Shown one piece after another: positions 24,558 through 36,209 of a DNA stretch of 64,000 nt (position 1 is the first letter of the stretch; each line of letters starts with the position of its first letter). A model generated the notes under the pieces. The model saw nothing but the letters and a program-made list of their open reading frames with translations. It was not told where the DNA came from and did not search any database. This DNA comes from Nitrospirales bacterium (GTDB lineage: Bacteria > Nitrospirota > Nitrospiria > Nitrospirales > UBA8639), in assembly GCA_965203295.1 (NCBI GenBank), contig CBDBCZ010000018.1, positions 1,184,001 through 1,248,000 of the forward strand. The letters run 5' to 3'. The translations under genes and the position numbers were made by a program.

Positions 24558-24734
24558 TTTAGATACCAGTTGGCAGTGCATTACGGGACTAGTTAGCGCG
24601 CGAGGACAATTAAGTAACGGTCGAGGGCGGATAATGCACGAGCCGAAGGCGAGTGCATTATCCGCCCGAGACCGTTACTTAATTGTCCGAGCGCGCTAAC
24701 TAGTCCCGTAATGCACTGCCAACTGGTATCTAAA
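24558..24734. mobile_element. Long hairpin with a GCCGAAGGC loop and CGA-type bulges (Crypton-like non-autonomous element); relatives at 25691-25772, 29033-29118 and 38379-38453
   Basis: About 80-bp arms TTTAGATACCAGTTGGCAGTGCATTACGGG... / ...CCCGTAATGCACTGCCAACTGGTATCTAAA. Two of the relatives have CTCGGCTTCGCCTC loops. Confidence 0.7.
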
Positions 24735-26690
24735 TATTACTTAACACCCCCGGAAGACTTCGTGGGCGTTTTTAGCGCTGGCTTTTATTCTACTTGACGG
24801 ATCCAATAGGTATATCACATGTATCACAAATATGTTATGCAGCCAACGTTACGTTGTGGCAAATTTGGTTTGAATTTTTTCACTTTGTTATGTAAATGAG
24901 CATAATTGAGAATAATAGTATGGCAAAAAGTATAATAGGTTTAACCTCAGAGAATAAAAGAATAGAATAATGGGTAGAAAAAAAAGAATAATTTATCAAA
25001 GCCTACTCGCGAGCCAGCCGGTTTTTCATGGTATAGGTTTATTGCTAAATAAAAAACCTATAGAATATCACAAGGTGGGGGTGTATAGCAAGGGCTGAAG
25101 GACTGAGGGAAATGAATTGGTTTTACTCTCACCGCAAGTTGTAAACATGATTGTGTAATTGCCTTCTACCACACTAGCTATAGCAGCGTGGAGGATATTG
25201 AAACAAGGTGAATCAATATAATTAGACACCTGTTGCAAGGTGAACAAGTGATTTTGAACCTTATATCTGGCTACCAGATTGGTCAGAGTATCTAGTACAG
25301 GTGTGGTAGACGGACATCTTATCTTGTACTAGTGCGTGGGCGTTTCAAAGGCGCCGACCATTGTTTATATTCTGTAGACCACTGAGTGGCGTGTGTGGTA
25401 GTTAGAAGGCGCTGTCTAACTACCATACACCTTAGTCAGCAAAAACTAAGTAAACACTTGAAGCCCAAAAGTCCAACTGACATGCACACAGCATTCTGAC
25501 CTCCTCAAAGCTGTGGAGTGTGCATGACATTGTAGGCAAGCAACTGAGTGAACTGACACTATAATGCTTGCACATGCACTATATACAAAGGTCAGCACGT
25601 GGACAGGATCACGCACGCACATGCGCATATATGCACAGAAGGTGAGCACATTTGCGTGAACGTTGCTAGGAAACCCCTGTAGTACAAACCAGTTGTACTA
25701 CCAGCTGCTGTGGTTTATCAGGAAACACTCGGCAGTTATTCCTGATAAACCACAGCAGCTGGTAGTATAACTATAACTTATTGCGCATCACATTATTGTC
25801 TAATACATTTCATTCGATGATGGCAGTATAGAAAATATACGCACATATTCTACAGTTCTGCATGTACTATCTTAATTATTTGTAACATAACCTAAAGCTA
25901 TACTTAACAATAGTCATGCACATGCACACTAGTGGTATAAGTCAGATAGACCACATCACAGCGGAGGATATGTGAAACCACACTCATTGATGATGTAAAC
26001 ACATGTAGATGCATATATTTTCCGCCGAGACGTGGTCTATACTATATAGACTTAGGCAAAGGTTTGGTTACTGGAGCTGCATGTACATTGGACCCATTCT
26101 GTCAATGAAGACAGTGGCAATTTCATAAATGTAACCATTACTGTTGTTCCCAAAACGACTATAAGAAGCGCAGATATCTGCCCACTAGTGCATACAATGT
26201 AGAAGGCATTGTTCTTTTAGTCTAATACATTGTCGTTCTATCAAAGCTGAACTGTCTGTCTATATCATCTGTGTAGTACAGATGTTATTACAGGACACAA
26301 TTTGTTTATTTGTTGCAGCAGATGTGACATGATCTCTCTTAGACTATATAGCCGGCAGAAGAATGCTCTCACATGAGCACAGAATGGAAGCTGGTATAAC
26401 TTTGAAAATGTTCTCATCCTAAAAATTTCAGCATTCCCCCTGAAAAATAAAAACACCAGTTTTCCCGTCTTAGGAGGGAGCGACCACTCTAAAAAACAAA
26501 ACCTTAAAAAAACAGCCGGCTCTTAAAGATTAGCATGATAGCTCATTTACATCATAATTATTCCCTTTACTATCTAATAAATAATGCAAAAAAAAGATTA
26601 ATACACCAGCACATATGCTTGGACTCAATCTTGTCTAGTCTCAGTCTGTAGTTTTAGTATTTAAGCCTGTGTTTCTGTACAGTATTGCCA

Positions 26691-26732
26691 TGCCCTGAAG
26701 AAGACTACAGCACTGTAGTCGAAACGTTGGCA
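26691..26732 (+). ncRNA. Minimal type-I hammerhead-ribozyme-like motif (Penelope-type)
   Basis: TGCC-CTGAAGA-A-GACTACA gcac TGTAGTC-GAAA-CGTT-GGCA: CUGANGA and GAAA core, 7-bp stem II, palindromic stem III, stem I TGCC/GGCA. Confidence 0.65.
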
Positions 26733-27696
26733 ATTAAAATCTTCTGCTGAACTTCGGGTTGGAATTGAAGAAACTTCGCGATGACATTTATGCACCTTTA
26801 GACACATTTTTGACCTTTTGAAAACAGAGAATGCTATTTCTCTGCATTTTGCGCTAACTTTATCCCCATTGTCATACAATAATAGGTACCTAATCCCACT
26901 ACATATCAACCACCCCTGATGGAAATAAAATGTCCTCTATGTCAAAGGCTAGCTTCTCTTAGCTTAAGACTACACCCTCACTTTCAGGATGCAGGCTCCG
27001 TCAAGAGTATCATAACTGCCCACATGGTTAATGTGTATCCTTGTCACCAGCTGCACCACCATGTCTACCATGGACAACCTTCTACTGAAACTAAAGCAAG
27101 AAAGTGGAAAATATCACATCTCTTGAATACAGTTGGTCATCACTTGCACAGACCACAACTGTCACATGATTGTCACATGCAGACTGGTGCAAACTTCATT
27201 CGAGGCAACCAACTTCTTTCCTTCCCTCCCATCATAGGCCTCAGTGGTGACATGTAGCTAACAGTGTGGCCTGGCTGCTGCCCGGCTACTTGCCCCCAGG
27301 TTGGGGGGGGGGGCATGACTGCTTCGCTATATAGAGGGTATTAATTAGGTTCCATTCTAATACCCTAAACAATTGTTCTTCAACAAATATGGGGACATAT
27401 TATGGTTATAAGTGGCTTGGGCCACGTTTCATTACTGTCCATTCACCTGTCTATCTTCAACAAATGTACATGTGTCGCCTTGTCGACAGCTAGATGGCTG
27501 TAGCACTACAATGACCCAGGAGTTGAACGGGGTTGAATTGAAAGCCCATCACAAGCGGATTTCAGCAATATGCGTTTCTTGTATATTGATAACTGAACTT
27601 GGCCAAAACTTGACCAAACTACTGCTGTACAGGCAGCTCCATAGAGAATCCATACAACTCCACGATCATGTAGGCTGTCACATAACCGTGTCCAAA

Positions 27697-28924
27697 CAGA
27701 CTGTAGCAGAAGACCGACAGTCATCATCACCATAATCAGCAAAACCACTACAATAGGCATTGTTTCTGATGACAACAGTTTGTGTGTGTTTGTGCCATCC
27801 TCACAGGGAGATCTCTGCACGGTTCCCAGGTGATCATGGCTTGTGGGGGTAAGAGGTGGGGCTAATTGTAGTAAAGATAAAGAATGGATATGACAGTAGA
27901 TGATGTACTAAGTAATTGAGAAGTCATTACAATAAACACATCTTACACGCAAACAAATATTTGGTTTAAGTTTTATGCACTTCTGATATCAATGAATGAG
28001 CAAAGTAGGCTAGTCTTTAACAAGGAGTAGCAATAGCATACCATCCTACACACACTTAGCTACCGTATTCATGTGCAATTCTGTGTGCGGCTGGTCGTTT
28101 CCCAATTGAAGAAAGTGCATGAACCAGAGTAGACCATGTCACTTCCTGGTGGTTCTGCATCCACTCCACCAGAACACAAGACAATAGCAGCAGCGTACGC
28201 CCAACCGGTACAACTGAGAGGTCACTCTCTATCATCTGTAGCTTGTGGTGGCAGTATTCCAGGGAAAAGACCCAAACCATGCCAGTCCACGACATCAGAC
28301 AACAACTTCAATAGCTCTGGAAGGTCATTCTCTGTCAACACATCCTCAGGAACTGAAACAACAAAAGAGAATTTTGAGTTTCAATGACCATTGATAATAC
28401 TGCAATTATATAAATGTTTCTATACGTAGTAACTAAGTGACTATGTACCGCTTGTCACTCTCTGAAAGTGAGAGGCCAAGTTCCTAGCTACCCGATCTGC
28501 AGTCTATTAGTAATTAAGGTGACCCAATATAGTTTCCAGGCCCTTCGTGCACCCTCTCTTCTACTGTTCCACGTACTGCAAGTGACAAAAGCTGTGCGGA
28601 GGCCTGGGAACGAGGCTACCACAGTTACATGCTAGACTGACACATCAGCAAGAACGGTAGGCACTTAGCTATCTGTAAACCTGCCACGTTAAGAAAAGAC
28701 AGAATGGTTTATTAGTACAATGATATGCCCATTGTTTCAGATTAGATGCTTTTAGACCCTTCGTTAGCCTTCACTGATAATCAAAGATTGGGTGGGGCCC
28801 TTACTAGACAACCCGAGACCAGGCTCTAAGCGGCGATATCCCCAACCCCCGTGTGATAGCACACCTTGCTACTCAGTGAACAGCTCTTTTTGCTACACCA
28901 ATTACCTGCAAAAGTTCCTGGCAT
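27697..28924 (-). pseudogene. Locus C: Death domain + Kelch start; exons 28924-28906, 28352-28064, 27861-about 27697
   Basis: First exon MPGTFA is homologous to loci A and B. The middle exon reads LTENDLPELLKLLSDVVDWHGLGLF.GI / HHKLQMIESD...VLVEWMQNHQEVTWSTLVHALSSIGKRPAAHRI (Death-fold W-LG and W...TW..L..AL motifs) with one frameshift. The last exon PHLLPPQAMITWEPCRDLPVRM is the start of the Kelch exon, then it is truncated. Confidence 0.85.
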
Positions 28925-30879
28925 CTCGTTTTCTTTTATGTACATTACCATGGCAACCACTTTTTTCCATGCTTATAGCATTTTAAGGATGCCACATACA
29001 GGGATCATTGCTATACCAATGTACATTAAATCAGTTAAAGGTCAGTTTTGGTGAGGGGTTAACCTCCTCGGCTTCGCCTCGGACTTTAAATTCCCCTCAC
29101 CCAAACTGACCTTTAACTATTACTTATCGCTCGATATATAAGTGGGTGGGGTCGTTTATACTTTGTGGTATAGTTTCGGAAATTCCCTGGCAGAAAACAA
29201 CTGAACAACTGAACTTGAGTGAAGGACTACCACAGTACTGAGCTAGCTATATATAGTTCTGACTGGCTGCGCAGTTATACTCGTAACTATGTTTTTTCGT
29301 CCGCCCCTTCAAAATACGTGAAGTAAACCAGTTTGCATTATTCATGAATGATGTTTACACTTAATAGTATCATAAAGTATGTTGTGTGGCTAAAAAATGT
29401 TATTATTTATTGCATTACTATTAGATCAACAGCAGCTTCTAGTACTTATTACCGTCATCACAATCGTGATTATTCCTTTCAGCATCAACAAACAAAACAC
29501 AAGTTAATTACCCTGAAGCAACTACAGCATTGTTAGGCAATCGTATGACCGTAGTTAACTTTTTTTGCGGGCAGGTTTTTAGCCCAATTAATACTATTCC
29601 AGGTGAATTCTTTGTATAAGGCATTAAAATATAAAATCGGATGAAGTACATGTACATTGTGTACACATAAATGACATTATGTGCCCCATGACTGGTAAAA
29701 AGCCCACAATAATTATGTCACATCTACTAACTAAGCTAAATTTAATTAAAGTATGATTGAAATTAGCTAGTTACTTAATTTTGAGGCTGTCAACAAAACT
29801 AGAGCATTGTCTGATAGGCTGTAGTGGGTGGGGGTAGCGCAGTATCGTCACTCTTCACCTTGAGCATTTTAACATATCATTGTAATGCCGCTGTTTGCAG
29901 CACATCGATGCTTTAAATCTCTTAGGCAGCCATCCAGGGACAACATTCTGTGTAACTGAAGGTAACTGAATAATTGTATATAATGGTAGCTTGGTGCAAC
30001 TGTTTGAACATAGGGACGTAATTGAAATATGCGACATAGCTGCCCGGGACTGCCACATGTACCATTCAAAGAAACCTGGAAGCTCTGTACAGCCTGCAGT
30101 GATATATAAAAGTGAGGAAATGATCATGAATCCTTACACTTGTTACTTTCATTCTAGATGTCGATGCAACTACACGATCAATTTAATATAAGCCCTACCT
30201 CAATGACTTAGATTAGAGAAAGTCTGTTTCAAACATTGAGACACGATTGAAATATTATGTGACAGTTGTATTACCCCGGACTGCCATGGCCACATGTACC
30301 ATTTAACGAGGCTTAAGTGGAAACTCAGTACAGCCTGCAGTGGTGAGATATAGCTAATGATGAATCCTTAGACTCGTCGCCTTCTAAACCTAGATCTGTG
30401 ATACATTGGACTCTATGGCAACTTCCATTCTGTGTGCCTCTACAAGGTTTTAGTACATCGCAGCTAGAAAAAAACCTGAATCAGAAAGAAAATTACCTGA
30501 GAATGATGTTCAATTTAGAATGATAGTTTTAACCTATTGAGCTTCAGCGCTCTTCACCACCTTCCACACAAATGGAAATTGCTCCACAGCCCACAAACAA
30601 TAATATTCTCATAAGAAACAATATCAGAACAGGTAATTGTGCAGTTGTTTGCTGCTATTGTAGTATAGCTGATGAGTGTTTTAAAAACTGCCTTCGTGTG
30701 TATGAGCCTACCGTTGGGTTTGAACTTATTCCTTGTTTTCCATGATATTGCTGTTAATAAGAGCTAGCTAGCTAGTAACAAGGGAATCCGGCAATAGATT
30801 TTCCCTACTACTCTACCTACTTAATATAGGCAACTATGTTATACCAACAAAGCATAAGTGGTAGTCCTAGGTAGAAACA

Positions 30880-32260
30880 AGTGGGATAGCCAGTGGATGC
30901 AAGATGGTGTTGTTTACCGAGTCTGGGAGACCCCTCTGGAGATCAACAAGTTTTTCAGCTGCTGCTCTTGAAAAAGCTCAGACCTTATGTCTTCCATAAT
31001 GCTGCTACTGGGGGACACTTTGGAATAGCAAAAGATTCTCGCTGGTGCAGGTGCCGAAGAGATGTTCGCGACTGGTGCAAAGCATGCGATCTTTGTGCAT
31101 CGAGAAAGGGTCCAGCGAAGAAGATTCGTGCACCTATGGCACAGTACAATGTTTGTTCGCCGAAGGAGAGATTAGCAGTGGATGTGATGGGACCCTTGCC
31201 AGTAACTGAATCTGGGAACAAGTACCTCCTCGTAGCTGTGGATAATTTCTCAAAGTGGCCGGAGGCATTCCCATTACCAGATCAAGAGGCTGTCACAGTG
31301 GCCGAAGTCCTCATCAAAGAAATTGTATGTCACTTTTGGGTACCCCTGTACATCCATTCTGACCAAGGATGCAACTTCGAGTCCGGAGTTTTCACCGGAG
31401 TCCGAGTCGAGTCCGGAGTTTTCAATGTGCAGTCTGCTTGGGATTTTTAAGATGCGAACTGCTCCTCTCCACCCTCAATCGGATGGTAGAACACTTTAAT
31501 CGGACTGTAGTTGTCAAAGTTCATTGGAGATCATCAGCAAAATTCTAACTAGTGCCCTTGATGCTGATGGCATACCAGACAGCAATTCATGGATCCTCTG
31601 ACTGCACTCCAGCAAAACTAATAATTATTTTCACGAGATCTGCAACTTCCAATTGATCTGCTCTACAGCCACCCGGAAGTAGAAATATGGGAGTTTAAAG
31701 TGCCTATGATACCCAAATACAAGAGAAACTGGAAAAAATACACAATTTGCCCGAGATCAGTTAGAATTGATTAGTGATCGAATGAAATGACGCTACGACT
31801 CTCATCGGGAAGGTGGAATGCTAGAGGAAGGCAACCCTGTCTGGCTTTACAACCAGCGGAGGAAAGAAGTGACACCAAAACTGATGAGAAACTGGCATGG
31901 ACCTTATGTGGTCACCAAGCGTATAAATGACCTCGTGTATCATGTGCAACTTGGACCAAAATCAAAGCCAAAAATTATCCATCACAATACAGTGGGCAAA
32001 CTTCGCCGACTTGGTTCTCCCAGAAGGAAGTTCCAGAACCATTGAGTGTTACGGATCCACCCACACCTGGAAGATGCTCAGGGGGTGTCACTACCTCAGC
32101 CACAACAAGAAGTCACTCAGCCACTACCTCCACCACAACGAAGCGGGCGTCCCTGGAATCCACCACAAAGGTATACTATGAAGCCAATTGCTACAGAGCC
32201 ACCCGAGGCGTGTGTTTTTAAGATGGGGACAGTGTAACGGAGGTCTCGAGTATTTAGCCT
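30880..32260 (+). mobile_element. Degenerate Ty3/gypsy LTR retrotransposon: integrase relic, PPT and start of the 3' LTR
   Basis: H..GGHFG...C..C zinc finger, VDVMGPLP, SKWPEA, HSDQG and GPY motifs with frameshifts. AAGATGGGGACAG is followed by TGTAACGG at 32233. Confidence 0.92.
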
Positions 32261-32472
32261 TAGGCTTGATCAGAACATGGACTCAATTGTACACAATATG
32301 ACTGTTGTGAGCTGTTGTGCATTCTTGTTCACTCAACTTTCAAATCTTGTCCACTATAGGACTGGTATACACTGTACATGCATTGCCAATTGCCAAATGC
32401 TACAGTTATATACCATGCTTGGTAATACACAATGAGGAACATCAGTGTGAACAGCATTCTTACATTCTGTAG

Positions 32473-32544
32473 CTGAAGGTGTATGCTATAATGCAAGATG
32501 TGCTGACTTATTAGGATGGTGCTGATATAAGGTACACCTGGGAT
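32473..32544 (+). pseudogene. Fragment paralogous to the start of 7TM exon 2
   Basis: ctgtag|LKVYAIMQDVLTY*DGADIRYTWD versus ctgtag|LLVYATMQDVLTDWDGTDIGYTWD at 12795. Confidence 0.9.
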
Positions 32545-33109
32545 AAATGCCGAACAGCAATCCCATACATACTTACAGAAAGCAAAATAATAATCTAACA
32601 ACCAAGAATTGCACAACACCAAAACAGGAAAATGTAAGTCAAGGGACATGTGATGTAAAATTTAATACTATCTATTGAACCAAAAGCACAGGGAATTATA
32701 AGTGCACAAGCATAAGCATTCAACCAAAAGGAATGATGTAAGTAACCAGCTACTCATGTGATGTGGGTGCACAAATAAAAAATATGCAGCAATTATGTAA
32801 GCCTACTCCAACCTAAATAGAAACAGGAAAAGGCCTAGCTATTGCACAAAAGAGGTGCCAACAAAAAGACTAGAAACTCTACATCCTGCTAGTGCAAATC
32901 CAAAACATAACCGAATAAGAACATGCAGGGATGCAATTAGGTTCCAGTAGGCACAAATAATAATAATTAAACAAGCTACCTAAACAACCAGTCTATCACA
33001 TAAAGTATTAAAATTTTACAAAAATTAAGAAATGGGCTATACATGACATACAGTAGTAAACAGCAACAATACAATGGTGCAGTGTCAACTGCAGTGTTTG
33101 CCATACAAA

Positions 33110-35517
33110 TCACTCAATCTGAAGGACCCCTTTGTATACAGAATCCTGAAAGCGCTGTTTCCAGCCACCAATAACTAGGAGTTCTGTTGATGACAGAATT
33201 GCTGTAGCACATTCCATTTGAGGGGCTGGTAGATCACTGATGTGAATCCATGCTTTGGTGCAGGAGGAGTAGATGTGGATCGCAATTTGCTCGTTAGATG
33301 GATATTTCTTAGTAGTGCTTCCCCCAACTGCCATCAGAGATGTACCTAAACTGGTTGCGGCTGGTGCATAGTGTGGTGTGTCGGGAAGATCCTCCCATGC
33401 TGAGCTGTTGGTAATGTCCCTGTCAGTAGATGCTTGATCACGAGGAAGGGCCTTCTGGAGAAGTAGGTCAATATCAGCGTACACAGCTCGGTTGGAAATG
33501 ACTTCTCCTGTAGCTGCTCCACCCAGAAGGTACCACCTGTTGTTGATGAGTAGTGAGGAGGGTCTCGCCCAAGGGAATGGGAGCTCCTCAGTCGGGTACC
33601 ACATGGAGGTTTCTTCTCGGAAAACTTCAACAACTGAGGTGTAGTTACGTCGACCAACGCCCCCGGCAACAGTCAGGGTGGAGCGGTGGCTTAGAACAGC
33701 TGGTAAATGCCGTGCTGTTGGCATATGTGGAATCGATTGCTTCCAACTCTGGGTCACTTCATCAAACTCAAACACTTCATTGATGATCTTGTTATCTGCT
33801 TTCTTAATACCCCCAACTGTGACTAGTTTTCCCCTCACCTGACCAAGCCCGAAGTAGCGCACCATATAAGCTTGTAGTGTGTTCCATGCGTCTTGTGATC
33901 GATTGTAGCAGAAGACCAGGTAGTCATCGTTGTCAAACCCACCACCACAGTAGACTCTGTCCCTGATAACAACAGTCTGTGCATTGGACATCTTCTCAGG
34001 AAGATTTTTACGTGAATCCCAGGTGATCTTAGCTTGTGGGTGTAAGGGGTGAAGCTGTGTACAAGATGGAGATTGGTAATAGTTAACTGTGAATTAGACT
34101 TGAAGGCCTAGAACACAGTGGTATAGACTCAGCTGGGGCAAAAAAATGAGAAGCTAGAGAGATTGACTCAAATAGTCAGACTTACAAATGCTTCTATAAA
34201 ATGTTTTATTGCCTTTTTTTAAGGCTGCTCTTTACAGTTAAGCTTAGGGACTAGTATTCAATTATACCCGTGATCTGTTGTTACCTCAGCGCAAATCTGC
34301 TCCACTTCAGCCTGATGCTGCTGAATGAGCTCCTCCCTTTCCAGCTGCCTTTGCTCAGCTTCTGCTATAAGCCTCTAACTTTCAGTTCTCAGTGTCTGCT
34401 TCTCGTTGCTTTCAGTTTCACTTCACCGGAGCATTTCGACTTTATTGGCAAATGATGCTGGAAATTGACGTACCATATCTGCCATTTGTTCGATGATCTC
34501 GGCAGCGCTAGCTCTGCGCACTGGGTTGTTGCTGATACACCTGAGGATCAGGTCCATCAGGGGATGGGTGTTGCCAATATCTCGGAGGTATTCCTCGCGG
34601 CGACCAGCTTCTGAGACTGGAATGAGCTGGTCGGGGTTTAGTGGATCAGGACGAGCTGCCTCGCAGACGGGCAGGGGCCATTTGCCACTGAGAACATGGA
34701 TCATCAGAATACCGTAAGAGAATTCGTCGATTCGTCGATACCTCGGGTTTGCTCGCATTACCTCGGGGGGCATGTAGGAAATTGTGCCAGGGGTACGGGT
34801 CATGCGACTCATTTGCTGGGGGGTCAAATTCAAAATCCTGGCCACCCCCAGATCTGATATCTTGGCCGTCATGTTAGGAGTAAGGAGGACATTATTCGCT
34901 GACAGGTTTTGGTGCACAATGGGTGGGCTTTGGCTGTGAAGGTGGTACAAACCCACAGCCACATCGTAAAGTACAGAGTAGCTAACCTCCTCTGGAAGAA
35001 CTCTGTACGTATCGATACATCTGGCGAGGGTGGTCGGGAGGAACTCCATGACAAGAATTGGAACACGAGAGCCCTCCTCAAAGTAGACACCGATAAACTG
35101 CACAATGTTTGGATGATGCATTTCTGACAGCAGTCGACACTCAATTTCAAAGCGACGGACGGTATCCCCCACTCCTTGCTCATAGAGGACAGGGTAGAGC
35201 TGCTTTCCTGCACACTTGAGCCCTCTGTATTCAAGTCTCAGGACCACAGCATATGATCCTCGGCCAAATTCTTCTTCTGTGAGTCGTACCCCATTGAGTC
35301 TGAACAATTCAAAGCCTTCAGTTGAGGGAATGAGACGGACAGAATGGTTTATTGTTGCAACGTATGCTTATAATGCAAAAAAGATGGGTGGGGCTTTTGG
35401 CATAAACAACCGAAGCCCATCTAAGGCCATCTCTCCCTCTCCCATATGTCAGCACAATTTGCTACACTATGAACAATTTGTTTTGCTACTCCAGTTACCT
35501 GCAAACACTCCTGTCAT
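33110..35517 (-). pseudogene. Locus B: pseudokinase + short coiled coil + intact Kelch exon; exons 35517-35499, about 35366-34285, 34054-33110
   Basis: First exon MTGVFA. The kinase has HRD changed to HQN. Two in-frame stops (TGA at 34425-34423, TAG 16 codons later) sit in sequence still aligning to locus A. The Kelch exon is open for 315 codons. Confidence 0.85.
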
Positions 35518-36209
35518 CTTGTTTTCTTTATCGCTAGAAAGAGATAAGTGGGCGAGGCTGGTCGGTTCGCTAAGAGGCAGCTTCCAAGTATAAGTGCGCA
35601 GCTGTTGGGCCAGTAGAGTTGAGTGTGGGACAACTCTGCACTGTACTTAGAGCATGCAAGATCAAAGTAGTTCGCTTACTGGTAGTGGCGTAGAATACTT
35701 TTTATAACTAGCTACGTTCTCTTAGTATTACTTTTAGTCCGTCCCTTTCTTAGTCCGCCCCTTATTCATGACGCAATCAAGCGTTATGTTTACGCTTTAA
35801 GCAATGAGATGGGCTATTCTACTACATTTTTTTCTGCTTTATGCATAAGCACAGGTCTATCACATTCAATATGTTGCACAAGTGATTGCGCGATTTAAGC
35901 TTACATCACTTTTATTAATTTGCACGTGCACTTTTGAAAAGGGGGCTGTTAACCAATCACCCATTGAGGGGCTACCGTAACCGTTATCAATGATATCCTT
36001 TGGTCACCCATAATAACATCCTCATCATATGCTAGATGAGCAATAACTTCCTTACATCGTTGACGGAATTAATAAGACTATTCTACAAGTAATACATGTA
36101 GGCCCTAAAAATAGACAACGTAGCTACAAGAAGTATACTTCAAGAACACTGCCAAGAATTGCATGCACTCCTGCAAAAAAACAGCTTAATTCACACTTGA
36201 TGACAGATT

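Noticed and set aside
30040..30380. About 230-bp diverged tandem duplication (similar case at 51590-52660)
   Set aside because: Non-coding, old, and with no evident function.
34376..34425. Programmed readthrough or selenocysteine at the locus B stops
   Set aside because: Two different stop codons (TGA and TAG) together with catalytic loss are more simply explained by point mutation. No SECIS was recognised.
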